DNA of 64,000 nt from Candidatus Poribacteria bacterium (lineage in GTDB: Bacteria; Poribacteria; WGA-4E; WGA-3G). Shown piece by piece: positions 9,965-18,957 of this stretch; positions within the stretch are counted from its first letter, which is position 1, and each line of letters opens with the position of its first letter. The stretch covers positions 640,001-704,000 of the forward strand of contig OZ244048.1 of assembly GCA_965215265.1 (NCBI GenBank). Direction: 5' to 3'. Under the pieces are notes generated by a model. The model saw nothing but the letters and a program-made list of their open reading frames with translations. It did not search any database and was not told the DNA's origin. The position numbers and the translations under genes are program-made.

Positions 9965-10106
9965 TTCTTGGTATCTCTTTCGTAGAAGTGCCCGCCCCGT
10001 AGAAAAACACTGTTTTGCTTGTAGCCCCTAAGAGCCGCTCCAACAGCCAATATATTCACGGGAATACCGTATAGATGCCCTACTGCATCACACCCGGGCA
10101 AAAAAA

Positions 10107-10135
10107 TTGACTTTCCTTCAAAAATGTAGTATATT
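10107..10135 (+). promoter_or_regulatory. Sigma70-type promoter for mtnP
   Basis: TTGACT-17-TATATT. Confidence 0.55.
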
Positions 10136-10259
10136 TAAACTCAAATACGAGACGACGGTGCAGACGCTGCGCCCGCTCGCACAGTACATCATCTAGCTTT
10201 ACGTTTTTAGGAATACAATGCACCCTAGTTCTTAACCACCTACATAGTATGGAGAATAC

Positions 10260-11123
10260 ATGTCTATCAAAATCGGAATTATCGGCGGCAGCGGTTTTTA
10301 CCAGATGGAAGGCCTAACGGATATCCAAGAAATTCAGACCGAGAACGCCTTCGGTAAACCCAGTGATGTGCTTATCCAAGGCACCCTTCACGGAAAACAG
10401 GTCGTCTTTTTACCACGACACGGTATAGGACACCGCCTGCTCGCATCCGAGATTAATACACACGCCAACATCTACGCCTTAAAATCTTTGGGGGTTGAAT
10501 GGCTCATCACTGTCAGTGCTGTCGGCAGTTTGAAACAAGACATTGCACCGCGCCATTTCGTTGTACCCGACCAGCTCTACGATCATACACAAAGGCGGAA
10601 CACTACCTTTTTCGGCGACGGCATTGCAGCACATATCAGCCTCGCACACCCTTTCTGCTCACATCTGAGCGAAACACTGTTCACCGCCGCGACTCAAGCC
10701 GGCGCAACCGTACATCAAGGCGGCACCTACCTCTGTATGGAGGGTCCTGCTTTCTCAACCCAAGCCGAATCGAACACATATCGACACCTCGGCTTTGATA
10801 TCATCGGAATGACTGCCGCCCCCGAAGCCAAACTCGCTCGCGAAGCCGAGATGTGCCACGCGCTTCTCGCTTGCTCCACCGATTATGACTGCTGGCACCC
10901 TGAACACGATGCTGTAACCACTGAGATAATCCTCGAAAACGTCAGAACCAACGTTGAAATCTCTAAGCAGATAGTCAAAAACGCCGTCGCAAACATCCCT
11001 GAGAGACCTCGAACGTGCAGCTGTGCGAGCGCACTTCAAAACGCCATCGCGACTAAACCGGAAAAGATACCACAAGGCGCACGCCACCGCTTAGAACTAC
11101 TGGTTGGTAAGTACCTGGCGTAA
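10260..11123 (+). CDS. mtnP: S-methyl-5'-thioadenosine phosphorylase
   Basis: IGIIGGSG, RHG..H, SAVGSL, MEGPAFST.AES, GMT..PEAKLARE, TDYDCW. Confidence 0.95.
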   Translation: MSIKIGIIGGSGFYQMEGLTDIQEIQTENAFGKPSDVLIQGTLHGKQVVFLPRHGIGHRLLASEINTHANIYALKSLGVEWLITVSAVGSLKQDIAPRHFVVPDQLYDHTQRRNTTFFGDGIAAHISLAHPFCSHLSETLFTAATQAGATVHQGGTYLCMEGPAFSTQAESNTYRHLGFDIIGMTAAPEAKLAREAEMCHALLACSTDYDCWHPEHDAVTTEIILENVRTNVEISKQIVKNAVANIPERPRTCSCASALQNAIATKPEKIPQGARHRLELLVGKYLA

Positions 11124-12443
11124 CGTCTCAAAAATCCTATCCGCTTCCCTCTCCGTGAGAATTAGCGGCGGAGCAATGAAAATGATGTTCTCCGGTTCCT
11201 CCAAGGCATGGCCAATCTTGCCAACGATGACACCTTTCTCACGCAACAAGCCAACAATCCGGTTCGTTTGTGCCGTCTCAAGATGTGTACCATCCGCTTT
11301 TACCAATTCAACCGCAAGCATCAACCCTTTACCGCGCACATCCCCAACGATTGCCAAAGCTTGCAACGTCGCTAACTTCTCCATGAGGTAACTGCCTACC
11401 TGTGCTGCATTTTCACTCAGACGTTCCTCACGTAAGATTTTCAGGTTGGCTAAACCCGCAGCACACGCCACAGGGTGCCCCCCATACGTGCAAACCTGTG
11501 CAAATTCACGGTGTTCCTCGGAATCACCCAGGAACGCTTCAAATACACGGCTTGATGCAACACATGCACCCAACGGTAGATAGCCGCTTGTTAAGCCCTT
11601 TGCAAGCGTGATAATATCCGGTTCGACACCCCAATGCTCACACGCAAATAGCTTACCTGTCCGCCCGAAGCCCGTAATCACTTCATCTAGTATCAGCAGC
11701 ACTCCGTAGGCATCGCAGATCTCCCGCAGCTTCGGAAAATACTCATCCGGCGGTACAATCACGCCACCGCCACCTATAATCGGCTCCGCAATCACCGCAG
11801 CTACCGTCTCAGGACCCTCTAACTGAATGATACGCGCTATATTCTCTGCACACCCAATATTGCAAGACGAAGAGGCTAACCCCAACGGACAGCGGTAGCA
11901 ATACGGCGGATGGGCATGCACAAAGCCCGGTGCTAACGGTTCAAATGCCTTTCTTCTCTTTGACTGCCCAGTAGCAGACAGCGCGCCATACGTAAACCCG
12001 TGATATCCTCTATACCGACTAATTACCTTGTAGCGATTCTCACCTGGATACGCCTGTTTCGCATACTGACGCGCCATTTTTATCGCTGTTTCATTCGCCT
12101 CAGAACCACTATTGCAAAAATAGACATGGTTCAAATCACCCGGAAGACACTCTGACAACTCTGCCGCCAATAAAGCAGCCGGCACGTTAATTTGCGAGTG
12201 TGGATAATAAGGCAACTCCTGTATCTGCGCATACACAGCATCCGCTATCGCTTTTCTCCCATAGCCAACGTTGACGTTCCACAGTGCCGAATAGGCATCT
12301 AAATATTCACGTCCCGCTTCATCCACCACCGTTGTACCGTACGCCGATTTAAAAACTATCAATTCCGTTTCATCAAAGCGACGATGCTGAAAAAATGGAT
12401 GCCAAACATGTGCCTTATCAACTTCTCTATAATCTATTGCCAT
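11097..12443 (-). CDS. Class III aminotransferase
   Basis: SGSEANETAIK, YHG, EPIIG, DEVITGFGRTG, AKGLTSGY. Confidence 0.93.
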   Translation of the reverse strand: MAIDYREVDKAHVWHPFFQHRRFDETELIVFKSAYGTTVVDEAGREYLDAYSALWNVNVGYGRKAIADAVYAQIQELPYYPHSQINVPAALLAAELSECLPGDLNHVYFCNSGSEANETAIKMARQYAKQAYPGENRYKVISRYRGYHGFTYGALSATGQSKRRKAFEPLAPGFVHAHPPYCYRCPLGLASSSCNIGCAENIARIIQLEGPETVAAVIAEPIIGGGGVIVPPDEYFPKLREICDAYGVLLILDEVITGFGRTGKLFACEHWGVEPDIITLAKGLTSGYLPLGACVASSRVFEAFLGDSEEHREFAQVCTYGGHPVACAAGLANLKILREERLSENAAQVGSYLMEKLATLQALAIVGDVRGKGLMLAVELVKADGTHLETAQTNRIVGLLREKGVIVGKIGHALEEPENIIFIAPPLILTEREADRIFETLRQVLTNQ

Positions 12444-12540
12444 TCCTACTATTTTCCCCTTTTTTCGTGCTCTCTACCGCGATACACACCCCTCAAACTC
12501 ATCCACGCAGCTTTCTGTAGATGCACCACGGTGAGATTCA

Positions 12541-14271
12541 TTACATCCGCTTTTCCAATGCAGATATACCCAACAAAGCGAGTCCATTTTTCAAAACTGT
12601 TTGAACGCACCGGGTCAGGACAAGCCTCGCTTGCGTCCGATCCGGCTGTGACACATCAAGCACCCGATGCTGGTTATAATACGGATGAAAAATCCCCGCC
12701 AATTCATGCAAATAGTGCGCAACCCGATGCACCGCACGTTCCTCCGCACTCTGCAACACAACCCCCGGATATTCCGCCAACTTTCGAATTAACTCTAGTT
12801 CCATCTCTGTCGATAACAATTCTAATGGAACCTTATCCACCGCCTGCAAAGCAATACCCTGCTCAGAAGCCTTCTCAAAAAGACTCCAGCATCGCGCAAA
12901 CGCGTATTGAATGTAAAACACAGGATTTTCGCTCGCTTCCGTAATCGCCAATTCCAGATTGAAATCCAAGGGTGTATTATTAGCACGCATCAGGAAGAAG
13001 TAACGCGCAACATCTACAGCAAAACGTTCCCCGATTGCAGCTGACAACTCGTCAATCAGCACGTCAAGCGTATAGAACTGCCCACGCCGTTTTGACATAT
13101 CCTGCGGATTCCCATCAGCATCCACAAGGTTAACCTGCTGAATAATAGAAATTTCCAGCCAGTCATCCGGTAAACCGAGCGCCTTCACAAAGTTTTCAAG
13201 ACGACTTACGTGCCCTTGATGATCCGGACCGAAGAAATCAATGACTTTCTCAAATCCTCTGTCAAATTTATCGCGATGATAGGCAGCATCCGGCACAAAG
13301 TACGTGTACTCACCATCCCGGCGGATAACAACACAATCCTTATCATCACCAAAATCCGTCATCCGAAACCACGTCGCGCTTTCAGCCTCGTAGAGATACT
13401 GCTTTTCACGAAACAACTTCATAATCTCTTCCGGTTTCCCACTCTCCCTAATCGCTTTCTCACTCGTCCACACATCAAACTTAACACCAAAACGTTCTAG
13501 CGATGTCTCCTGTTGAGCAAGGATATGCGAGATACCTTTATCGCGAAAGAGCACTACCCGTTCTGCTGAGCTGAGCTGCAGGTAAGTATCCTCTTCAGAA
13601 TCTACCAGACACTGAGCGAATTCACGCAGGTACTCACCTTGATATCCTTCTTTAGGAATTTCAGCATCATCATCACCCAACGCCTGTCTATAGCGCGCAT
13701 CTATCGATTCCCCCAGCCGTTCAACCTGTCCACCGGCATCATTGACATAATACTCACGCATCGCACGATAACCCACCGCGTTCAGCAAATTCACCAGCGT
13801 ATCCCCGACTGCCGCCGCTCGTCCACTCACAATGTTGAGAGGACCCGTCGGATTTGCGCTCACAAACTCAACCTGCACACGCTTGCCGGAGCCTTTGGCG
13901 CACGTTCCATACGCATCCGCAGCGACGAGTATCGTCCGAAGTGTATCATATAGCCAAACATGCGACAGATGGATGTTAATAAAACCCGGACCCGCAACCT
14001 CAATTCTGTCTATAAACGGATGCGCATCCTTATCAACCCGATTAATAACCTTTTCTGCAAGCTTCCGAGGCGGCAACTTTGCCTGCTTCGCTAAGCCTAA
14101 CGCAATCGGCGTCGCAAAATCTCCATGTTCCGATGTCTTTGTCGGAGAAAACGGGACAGCCGGCACTTCAGAAACCGAGAACTCCCCTTCAGCAATAGCG
14201 ACTTGGATCGCTTCCCGTAAAATATCCTCTATTTCCGTCTTCATCCCGGACATATCATACTTAATTGTCAT
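12541..14271 (-). CDS. argS: Arginine--tRNA ligase
   Basis: GPGFIN, VEFVSANPTGPL, YYVNDAG, MSKRRG, NPVFYIQYA. Confidence 0.97.
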   Translation of the reverse strand: MTIKYDMSGMKTEIEDILREAIQVAIAEGEFSVSEVPAVPFSPTKTSEHGDFATPIALGLAKQAKLPPRKLAEKVINRVDKDAHPFIDRIEVAGPGFINIHLSHVWLYDTLRTILVAADAYGTCAKGSGKRVQVEFVSANPTGPLNIVSGRAAAVGDTLVNLLNAVGYRAMREYYVNDAGGQVERLGESIDARYRQALGDDDAEIPKEGYQGEYLREFAQCLVDSEEDTYLQLSSAERVVLFRDKGISHILAQQETSLERFGVKFDVWTSEKAIRESGKPEEIMKLFREKQYLYEAESATWFRMTDFGDDKDCVVIRRDGEYTYFVPDAAYHRDKFDRGFEKVIDFFGPDHQGHVSRLENFVKALGLPDDWLEISIIQQVNLVDADGNPQDMSKRRGQFYTLDVLIDELSAAIGERFAVDVARYFFLMRANNTPLDFNLELAITEASENPVFYIQYAFARCWSLFEKASEQGIALQAVDKVPLELLSTEMELELIRKLAEYPGVVLQSAEERAVHRVAHYLHELAGIFHPYYNQHRVLDVSQPDRTQARLVLTRCVQTVLKNGLALLGISALEKRM

Positions 14272-14483
14272 TCTCTCTATTTCACCAAATTCTAGGCTTT
14301 GTTTGATTGTTACTTTCCCTTCATTTTATACAAGTAAGAGCATTATACCATAATAACCGTATTTTTGACACTTTTTTTGTTTGCACTTTCAATACGTTTC
14401 ATGATATAATGATTTACAATATACTAATTTGGAGATTACCAAAAAGGAAACCCTGTTTTTTCGAGACATATAGGAGACCCTTT

Positions 14484-15239
14484 ATGAAAATTAGAGTTAT
14501 CATAGCAATGCTCACCTTACTACCTTTTATAACCATCAGCATCCCCTGTGCAGCTGAAATCACAGCAGATATGGTTGCCGCTGCATGGCTATTTGATGGC
14601 GATGCGAAAGATTTTTCCGGCAACGGGTTTGATGGAGAACTGGAAGGCGGTAATTTTGTCGCGGGGAAAATCGGCGATGCCATCGAGTTAAACGGCAAAA
14701 ACGAGTGGGTTGCTATCCCCAAAAGAATCGGCGAATTTGAAGAAATTACCTTCGCACACTGGGTCAAATCCACCGGAAGAGAAGCACAGTGGCGCGTTTT
14801 CTTTAACAACGACGGATGGAAACAAGGCGATATCCACTATCAGATGCACCCCAACAATAAAGTCGAGTTTTCCATTAACGGTAACACCGGCGGGGACGAT
14901 ACCTTCGCGAACTATATGCTGGCAGGTGATCAGATGGATAAGTGGGTACACATCGCAACTGCTTATAGCGCGAATGAACAGAAAATCCGATTTTACATTA
15001 ACGGAGAACTGGATATAGAAAACGACTGGGGCGGAAACCCCGGCGTTCTCGACCCAGCACAAATTGGCGACTGGAGAAACGAGCGACAATGGCAAGGCCT
15101 CATAGATGAATTCATTATCTTCAACACCGTACTAGACGAAGAAGATATCCAAACTGTCATGAACGAAGGCTTGGAACCAACCCTCGCAGTCGATCCAAAA
15201 CGGAAACTCGCTCTTACCTGGGGCAGCCTAAAAAAATAG
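14484..15239 (+). CDS. Secreted LamG-like jelly-roll protein with the C-terminal tail motif
   Basis: AGGAG SD and signal peptide from ATG 14484; WLFD, GKIG.A, WVHIA, YING, GLIDE; tail AVDPKRKLALTWGSLKK. Confidence 0.88.
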   Translation: MKIRVIIAMLTLLPFITISIPCAAEITADMVAAAWLFDGDAKDFSGNGFDGELEGGNFVAGKIGDAIELNGKNEWVAIPKRIGEFEEITFAHWVKSTGREAQWRVFFNNDGWKQGDIHYQMHPNNKVEFSINGNTGGDDTFANYMLAGDQMDKWVHIATAYSANEQKIRFYINGELDIENDWGGNPGVLDPAQIGDWRNERQWQGLIDEFIIFNTVLDEEDIQTVMNEGLEPTLAVDPKRKLALTWGSLKK

Positions 15240-15242
15240 GAG

Positions 15243-16082
15243 ATGTTTACAATGATTAAAAGTTACGTTCTAACCGGTATTACCCTCATCGCACTGAGCC
15301 TCGGTATGATAACCGGAAGCGATGCTAACCTTGATGAAAAAACAATCGCTGGCATGTGGACGTTTGAAGAAGGAAAAGGAAAAGTCGTCGAAGACCTCTC
15401 CGGAAATGGCACCGATGGCGAATTTGTCGGAGACCTCAAGTGGGCTGAAGGCAAATTTGGAGGCGGGTTAGAGTTTAACGGCGCAGACACATGGGTTAAA
15501 CTCGGAACCAAAGGCGAAGAAAAAACCTTAGCCGCTTTGGATTTCAAGGAATCTGAAGGATTCACCATTCATGCCTGGGTCTATGCAGCTGAAGCACCCA
15601 CCGGCAAATGTGTTATCTGGAAAGGACTCGGATGCTCATCCTGGTCCCAGTTCCTGCTTGGAACCGGCGCGCACGAAAACGCGGAAAATAGCACGAAGGC
15701 CGCCTTTCACATCCGGGCCGCCAACGGTGGCGCAAAACTTGAAGTCCTTGGTGAGGAAATCCTTGATAAAGAATGGGTACATCTCGTCGGTACATGGGAC
15801 GGCGCAAAACTTCACGTCTATGTCAACGGCAAACTACAGAACTCCGAAGAAGCAAAAGGACCGCCTTGGTCCTCACCAGAAGAGGTTTACATCGGAGCAG
15901 ACCCAGGCTGCGGGAAAAGATGCCAATGGGAAGGGATCATCGACGAAATCGTTATCTTCAATGTAGCACTCACTGATGATGAAGTTCAATCCCTCGGCGA
16001 CGGCATTGAAAGTGCGCTAGCGGTTGATGCAGCCGGGAAAATAACAACAACCTGGGGAAAGATCAAACGCACCCAATTTTAG
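15243..16082 (+). CDS. Secreted LamG-like protein with the C-terminal tail motif
   Basis: Signal peptide; WTFEEG.G, GKFG, WVHLVGTWDG, GIIDE; tail AVDAAGKITTTWGKIK. Confidence 0.9.
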   Translation: MFTMIKSYVLTGITLIALSLGMITGSDANLDEKTIAGMWTFEEGKGKVVEDLSGNGTDGEFVGDLKWAEGKFGGGLEFNGADTWVKLGTKGEEKTLAALDFKESEGFTIHAWVYAAEAPTGKCVIWKGLGCSSWSQFLLGTGAHENAENSTKAAFHIRAANGGAKLEVLGEEILDKEWVHLVGTWDGAKLHVYVNGKLQNSEEAKGPPWSSPEEVYIGADPGCGKRCQWEGIIDEIVIFNVALTDDEVQSLGDGIESALAVDAAGKITTTWGKIKRTQF

Positions 16083-16119
16083 ATGACAGAATCTTCAATA
16101 CTATAAGAGGGGTTATCCA

Positions 16120-16899
16120 ATGAATATCGTAAAAAGGCAGGCAGGCTTTACCCGGCAGTATCTCCTATTCATCTTCGTCTCTCTTACCCTTTTTGGATGG
16201 ACTTCCGTCAGCAATGGTGAGGTCCTCTACCTTGACGATTTTGATGACGGGAAAATTGACGGAAAATATGAATTCAAAAACCACGAAGGCGATTGGGTAG
16301 AAGAGGGAGGCGTTATCACACAAACCAAGGAATCTCCGGGGGATCACACCTACCTCGTTCTGGATGGCGGTTTTGACGAACCGCACACCGGCCTGGTCAT
16401 GATTCGCGTCGACGACTGGGGCGACGGAGATCTGGCACGCTGCGGACTCGGATTCCGACTCGACCCCGGTGATGCCTCCGGTTACGCATTCCTCATCCAT
16501 CATTTTCTCAATAACATGGAATTCCTTAACGACCATCTCGCATGGAAACAAAATGATACTGAACCACCCTTCGGTCAGGTAGAAATCGGAGAGTGGTACT
16601 GGATGAAAGCCGAAATCTCTGATGACGGATTTACAGGCAAAATCTGGGAAGACGGCAAACCCGAACCCAAAGAATGGTTATTGGAAAGCAAACTTGACTT
16701 TGGAAACGTCAGACCGGAAAGCGGCCAAGTTGGACTCAACGGCGGTTCAAGTAACGGTGCCCCGGCACTCACTGTGGTCTCTTTCGACAATTGGGCAATT
16801 TGTGATACACCCGACGATTGCACCCCTGATGTCATACTCCCCGTCCAACCCACAGGCAAGCTGTCAACAGTGTGGGCTGAAATCAAAACAAACTACTAA
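16120..16899 (+). CDS. Secreted beta-sandwich protein (DUF1080/concanavalin-like) with the C-terminal tail motif
   Basis: Signal peptide; DDFDDG, WYWMK, GKIW....EP..W, G.VGL, FDN; tail PVQPTGKLSTVWAEIK. Confidence 0.75.
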   Translation: MNIVKRQAGFTRQYLLFIFVSLTLFGWTSVSNGEVLYLDDFDDGKIDGKYEFKNHEGDWVEEGGVITQTKESPGDHTYLVLDGGFDEPHTGLVMIRVDDWGDGDLARCGLGFRLDPGDASGYAFLIHHFLNNMEFLNDHLAWKQNDTEPPFGQVEIGEWYWMKAEISDDGFTGKIWEDGKPEPKEWLLESKLDFGNVRPESGQVGLNGGSSNGAPALTVVSFDNWAICDTPDDCTPDVILPVQPTGKLSTVWAEIKTNY

Positions 16900-17055
16900 C
16901 CAATTGTTGCTATAAGGCCTAAACACACGTCCTTATAGACTGCAACCCGCGAAGTTCACAGAGCATGAATGGCGGATAACACCCGCCATTCCATCAACTC
17001 ATGGGCAAATCTTATTCTTAATCTTAGGAACTATCATTTTTATTTTTGTTGCCTG

Positions 17056-17166
17056 ATGCTTTTCCACGTTTTGCAGGTATTGCTCGTGTTCATTATGACT
17101 GTCGCATTTTTCATCATTCTTGTCGGCGACGCGTTCCTAATCCTCAAAAACGTTTTTAAACGCTAA
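17056..17166 (+). CDS. Possible 36-aa single-pass membrane microprotein
   Basis: MLFHVLQVLLVFIMTVAFFIILVGDAFLILKNVFKR: hydrophobic core and basic C-terminus; no clear SD. Confidence 0.3.
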   Translation: MLFHVLQVLLVFIMTVAFFIILVGDAFLILKNVFKR

Positions 17167-17200
17167 AAGTCAAATTCTATTTAACCAAGGGAGATTTATT

Positions 17201-17989
17201 ATGAGAAAGAAAGTTAACTCTGTTTTACTAATTTTTGCTATCAGTCTAATCGCTACCAACCTCTCCGCCCAAATCGTCGAAGACGGTCTAATTGGCTATT
17301 GGAGTTTTGATGCGAACAATATCGCAGGCAAGATAGTTAAAGACGGAACAGGCAATCGTGACGGAACCATCAAAGGCAACCTCAAAAAAGTCACCGGAAA
17401 AATTGGGGATGCCCTAGAATTTGATGGAGACGAAGCCAACTTTGTCGAAATCGACGATCCGGAAGGCTTTGATTTCAACACAGACTTCACCTGGGCAGCT
17501 TGGATCAAAACCGATAATTCCGGGCCCTGTGTCATCTTCGCCAAAACGGGCGGGCCCGGCACTGATGATAAGGGACCGAAAACCTTGTGGATCCGCAACG
17601 GAGTCCTTAACGTCGACACAGGATGGGTAGGCAACGTAGAAGACAGTGAAAATATCGCAGATAACGATTGGCACTACATTGCTGTCGCAGGAATGCCTGA
17701 AGATAGCAAGGTGCAATTCTTCGTTGACGGAAAAGCCACCGCCGAAGCCACGCTCAACCTCGCTCAATTCCCCGAAGAAGATTTCGAGAATCACGTTTTT
17801 ATCGGATTGGACGGTAGAGCCGAGGGCGAATTCGGGGTATTCACCGGCATCATCGACGAATTTAGCATCTACGACCGGGTGCTTGAGGAAGCCGAAGTTA
17901 ACCAGAATTTTAAGTCTGAAATGGGGCTCGCCGTTGAACCTAACGGCAAACTTGCAGTCACTTGGGGTGCTATTAAATCAATACGATAG
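17201..17989 (+). CDS. Secreted LamG-like protein with the C-terminal tail motif
   Basis: Signal peptide; YWSFD, ALEFDG, WHYIAV, FVDG, GIIDE; tail AVEPNGKLAVTWGAIK. Confidence 0.9.
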   Translation: MRKKVNSVLLIFAISLIATNLSAQIVEDGLIGYWSFDANNIAGKIVKDGTGNRDGTIKGNLKKVTGKIGDALEFDGDEANFVEIDDPEGFDFNTDFTWAAWIKTDNSGPCVIFAKTGGPGTDDKGPKTLWIRNGVLNVDTGWVGNVEDSENIADNDWHYIAVAGMPEDSKVQFFVDGKATAEATLNLAQFPEEDFENHVFIGLDGRAEGEFGVFTGIIDEFSIYDRVLEEAEVNQNFKSEMGLAVEPNGKLAVTWGAIKSIR

Positions 17990-18005
17990 ATTTAATACGT
18001 TAAAT

Positions 18006-18055
18006 CGGGACTTGTCTGCGCGGACAACACCCGCCCAGACAAGTATTCCCGCTAC
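18006..18055 (-). repeat. GTAG-led REP-like hairpin
   Basis: Minus strand reads GTAGCGGGAATACTTGTCTGGGCGG-loop-CCGCGCAGACAAGTCCCG. Confidence 0.5.
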
Positions 18056-18093
18056 CCTCTCCGATGGACTCAAATTACCCAAGGAGCTTTTGT

Positions 18094-18864
18094 ATGAAAA
18101 CCTTTAAATTTATAAACACAGTTCTCGCAGTACTTGCACTTGTCCTCTTCGCAACTATCCACACCGCCGATGCTAAGCGGGATAAGCAGTACATCGCCAA
18201 ACAGATTACCAATTTGAAGATAGACGGGAATCTCAACGAATGGAAACGTGCCGAAATTGTCGCCTTTGATGAACTGAAAGATGTCGGTGCCGGCACCCCT
18301 AAAGCAAGCGACTTCACGGGACAAGGCCGGGTCGCATGGAGTGCTAAAGAACCAACCCGCATTTACTTCGCCGTTGAAATCACCGACGATAAACTTCAAG
18401 ACATCCACCCCGATGATAACAAGTGGTGGGAAGATGATAGCGTCGAATTTATGTTTGATTTTGACAACGGCATGGTCCGAGAAAGCCTCGTCCAATGGAC
18501 TCTCGGCGCAAATGGAGAAGATTTATCCGCAGCTGCATCTGAAGAAAACACTGAATGGGTCCTCATTAAAAACGGCAATGACTACATCTACGAAGTCGCC
18601 ATAGATCCAACAAAGCCACGCGGTAACCCGCAGTTCGAGAACCCGGGCAAAGGAAAAGACTTTAAGGCTAAAGATGGACTGATTATCGGACTCAGCTTCC
18701 ACATGAACGACGCTGAAAACGGCGGACGCGAACACCAGATCGGATGGATACCCGGCGGCGCATGGGATGCACTCGCCTACGGAGACCTCATTTTCGATGA
18801 TGAAATCCTTCCTGTCGAACCATCAGGAAAACTCGCAGTCACTTGGGCAGCCATTAAGCGATAA
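18094..18864 (+). CDS. Secreted CBM9/DOMON-like sugar-binding protein with the C-terminal tail motif
   Basis: AAGGAG SD; IDGNLNEW, V.ITDD, DSVEF..D, YEVAI, ND; tail PVEPSGKLAVTWAAIKR. Confidence 0.8.
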   Translation: MKTFKFINTVLAVLALVLFATIHTADAKRDKQYIAKQITNLKIDGNLNEWKRAEIVAFDELKDVGAGTPKASDFTGQGRVAWSAKEPTRIYFAVEITDDKLQDIHPDDNKWWEDDSVEFMFDFDNGMVRESLVQWTLGANGEDLSAAASEENTEWVLIKNGNDYIYEVAIDPTKPRGNPQFENPGKGKDFKAKDGLIIGLSFHMNDAENGGREHQIGWIPGGAWDALAYGDLIFDDEILPVEPSGKLAVTWAAIKR

Positions 18865-18957
18865 TGCTGTATTTTGTCTGTAAGGGCGAAAAGCCTCATC
18901 TATGCGGAACGTGTTGTAACTATCACGTCAGAGGCTTCTCGCCGGCACTATAAATTC

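Noticed and set aside
11097-11123. Convergent 3' overlaps (also 44170-44205)
   Set aside because: Short tail-to-tail overlaps are common and show no further signal.
12384-12944. 186-aa plus-strand ORF and the many other antisense or alternate-frame ORFs in the track
   Set aside because: They overlap well-supported genes (here argS) and show no recognisable motifs.
14307-14483. N-terminal extensions given by the ORF track (also at 4816, 24066, 26962, 34974, 50602, 51630, 56436, 59326)
   Set aside because: They run through promoters, repeats or neighbouring genes; downstream starts have an SD, coupling or a signal peptide.
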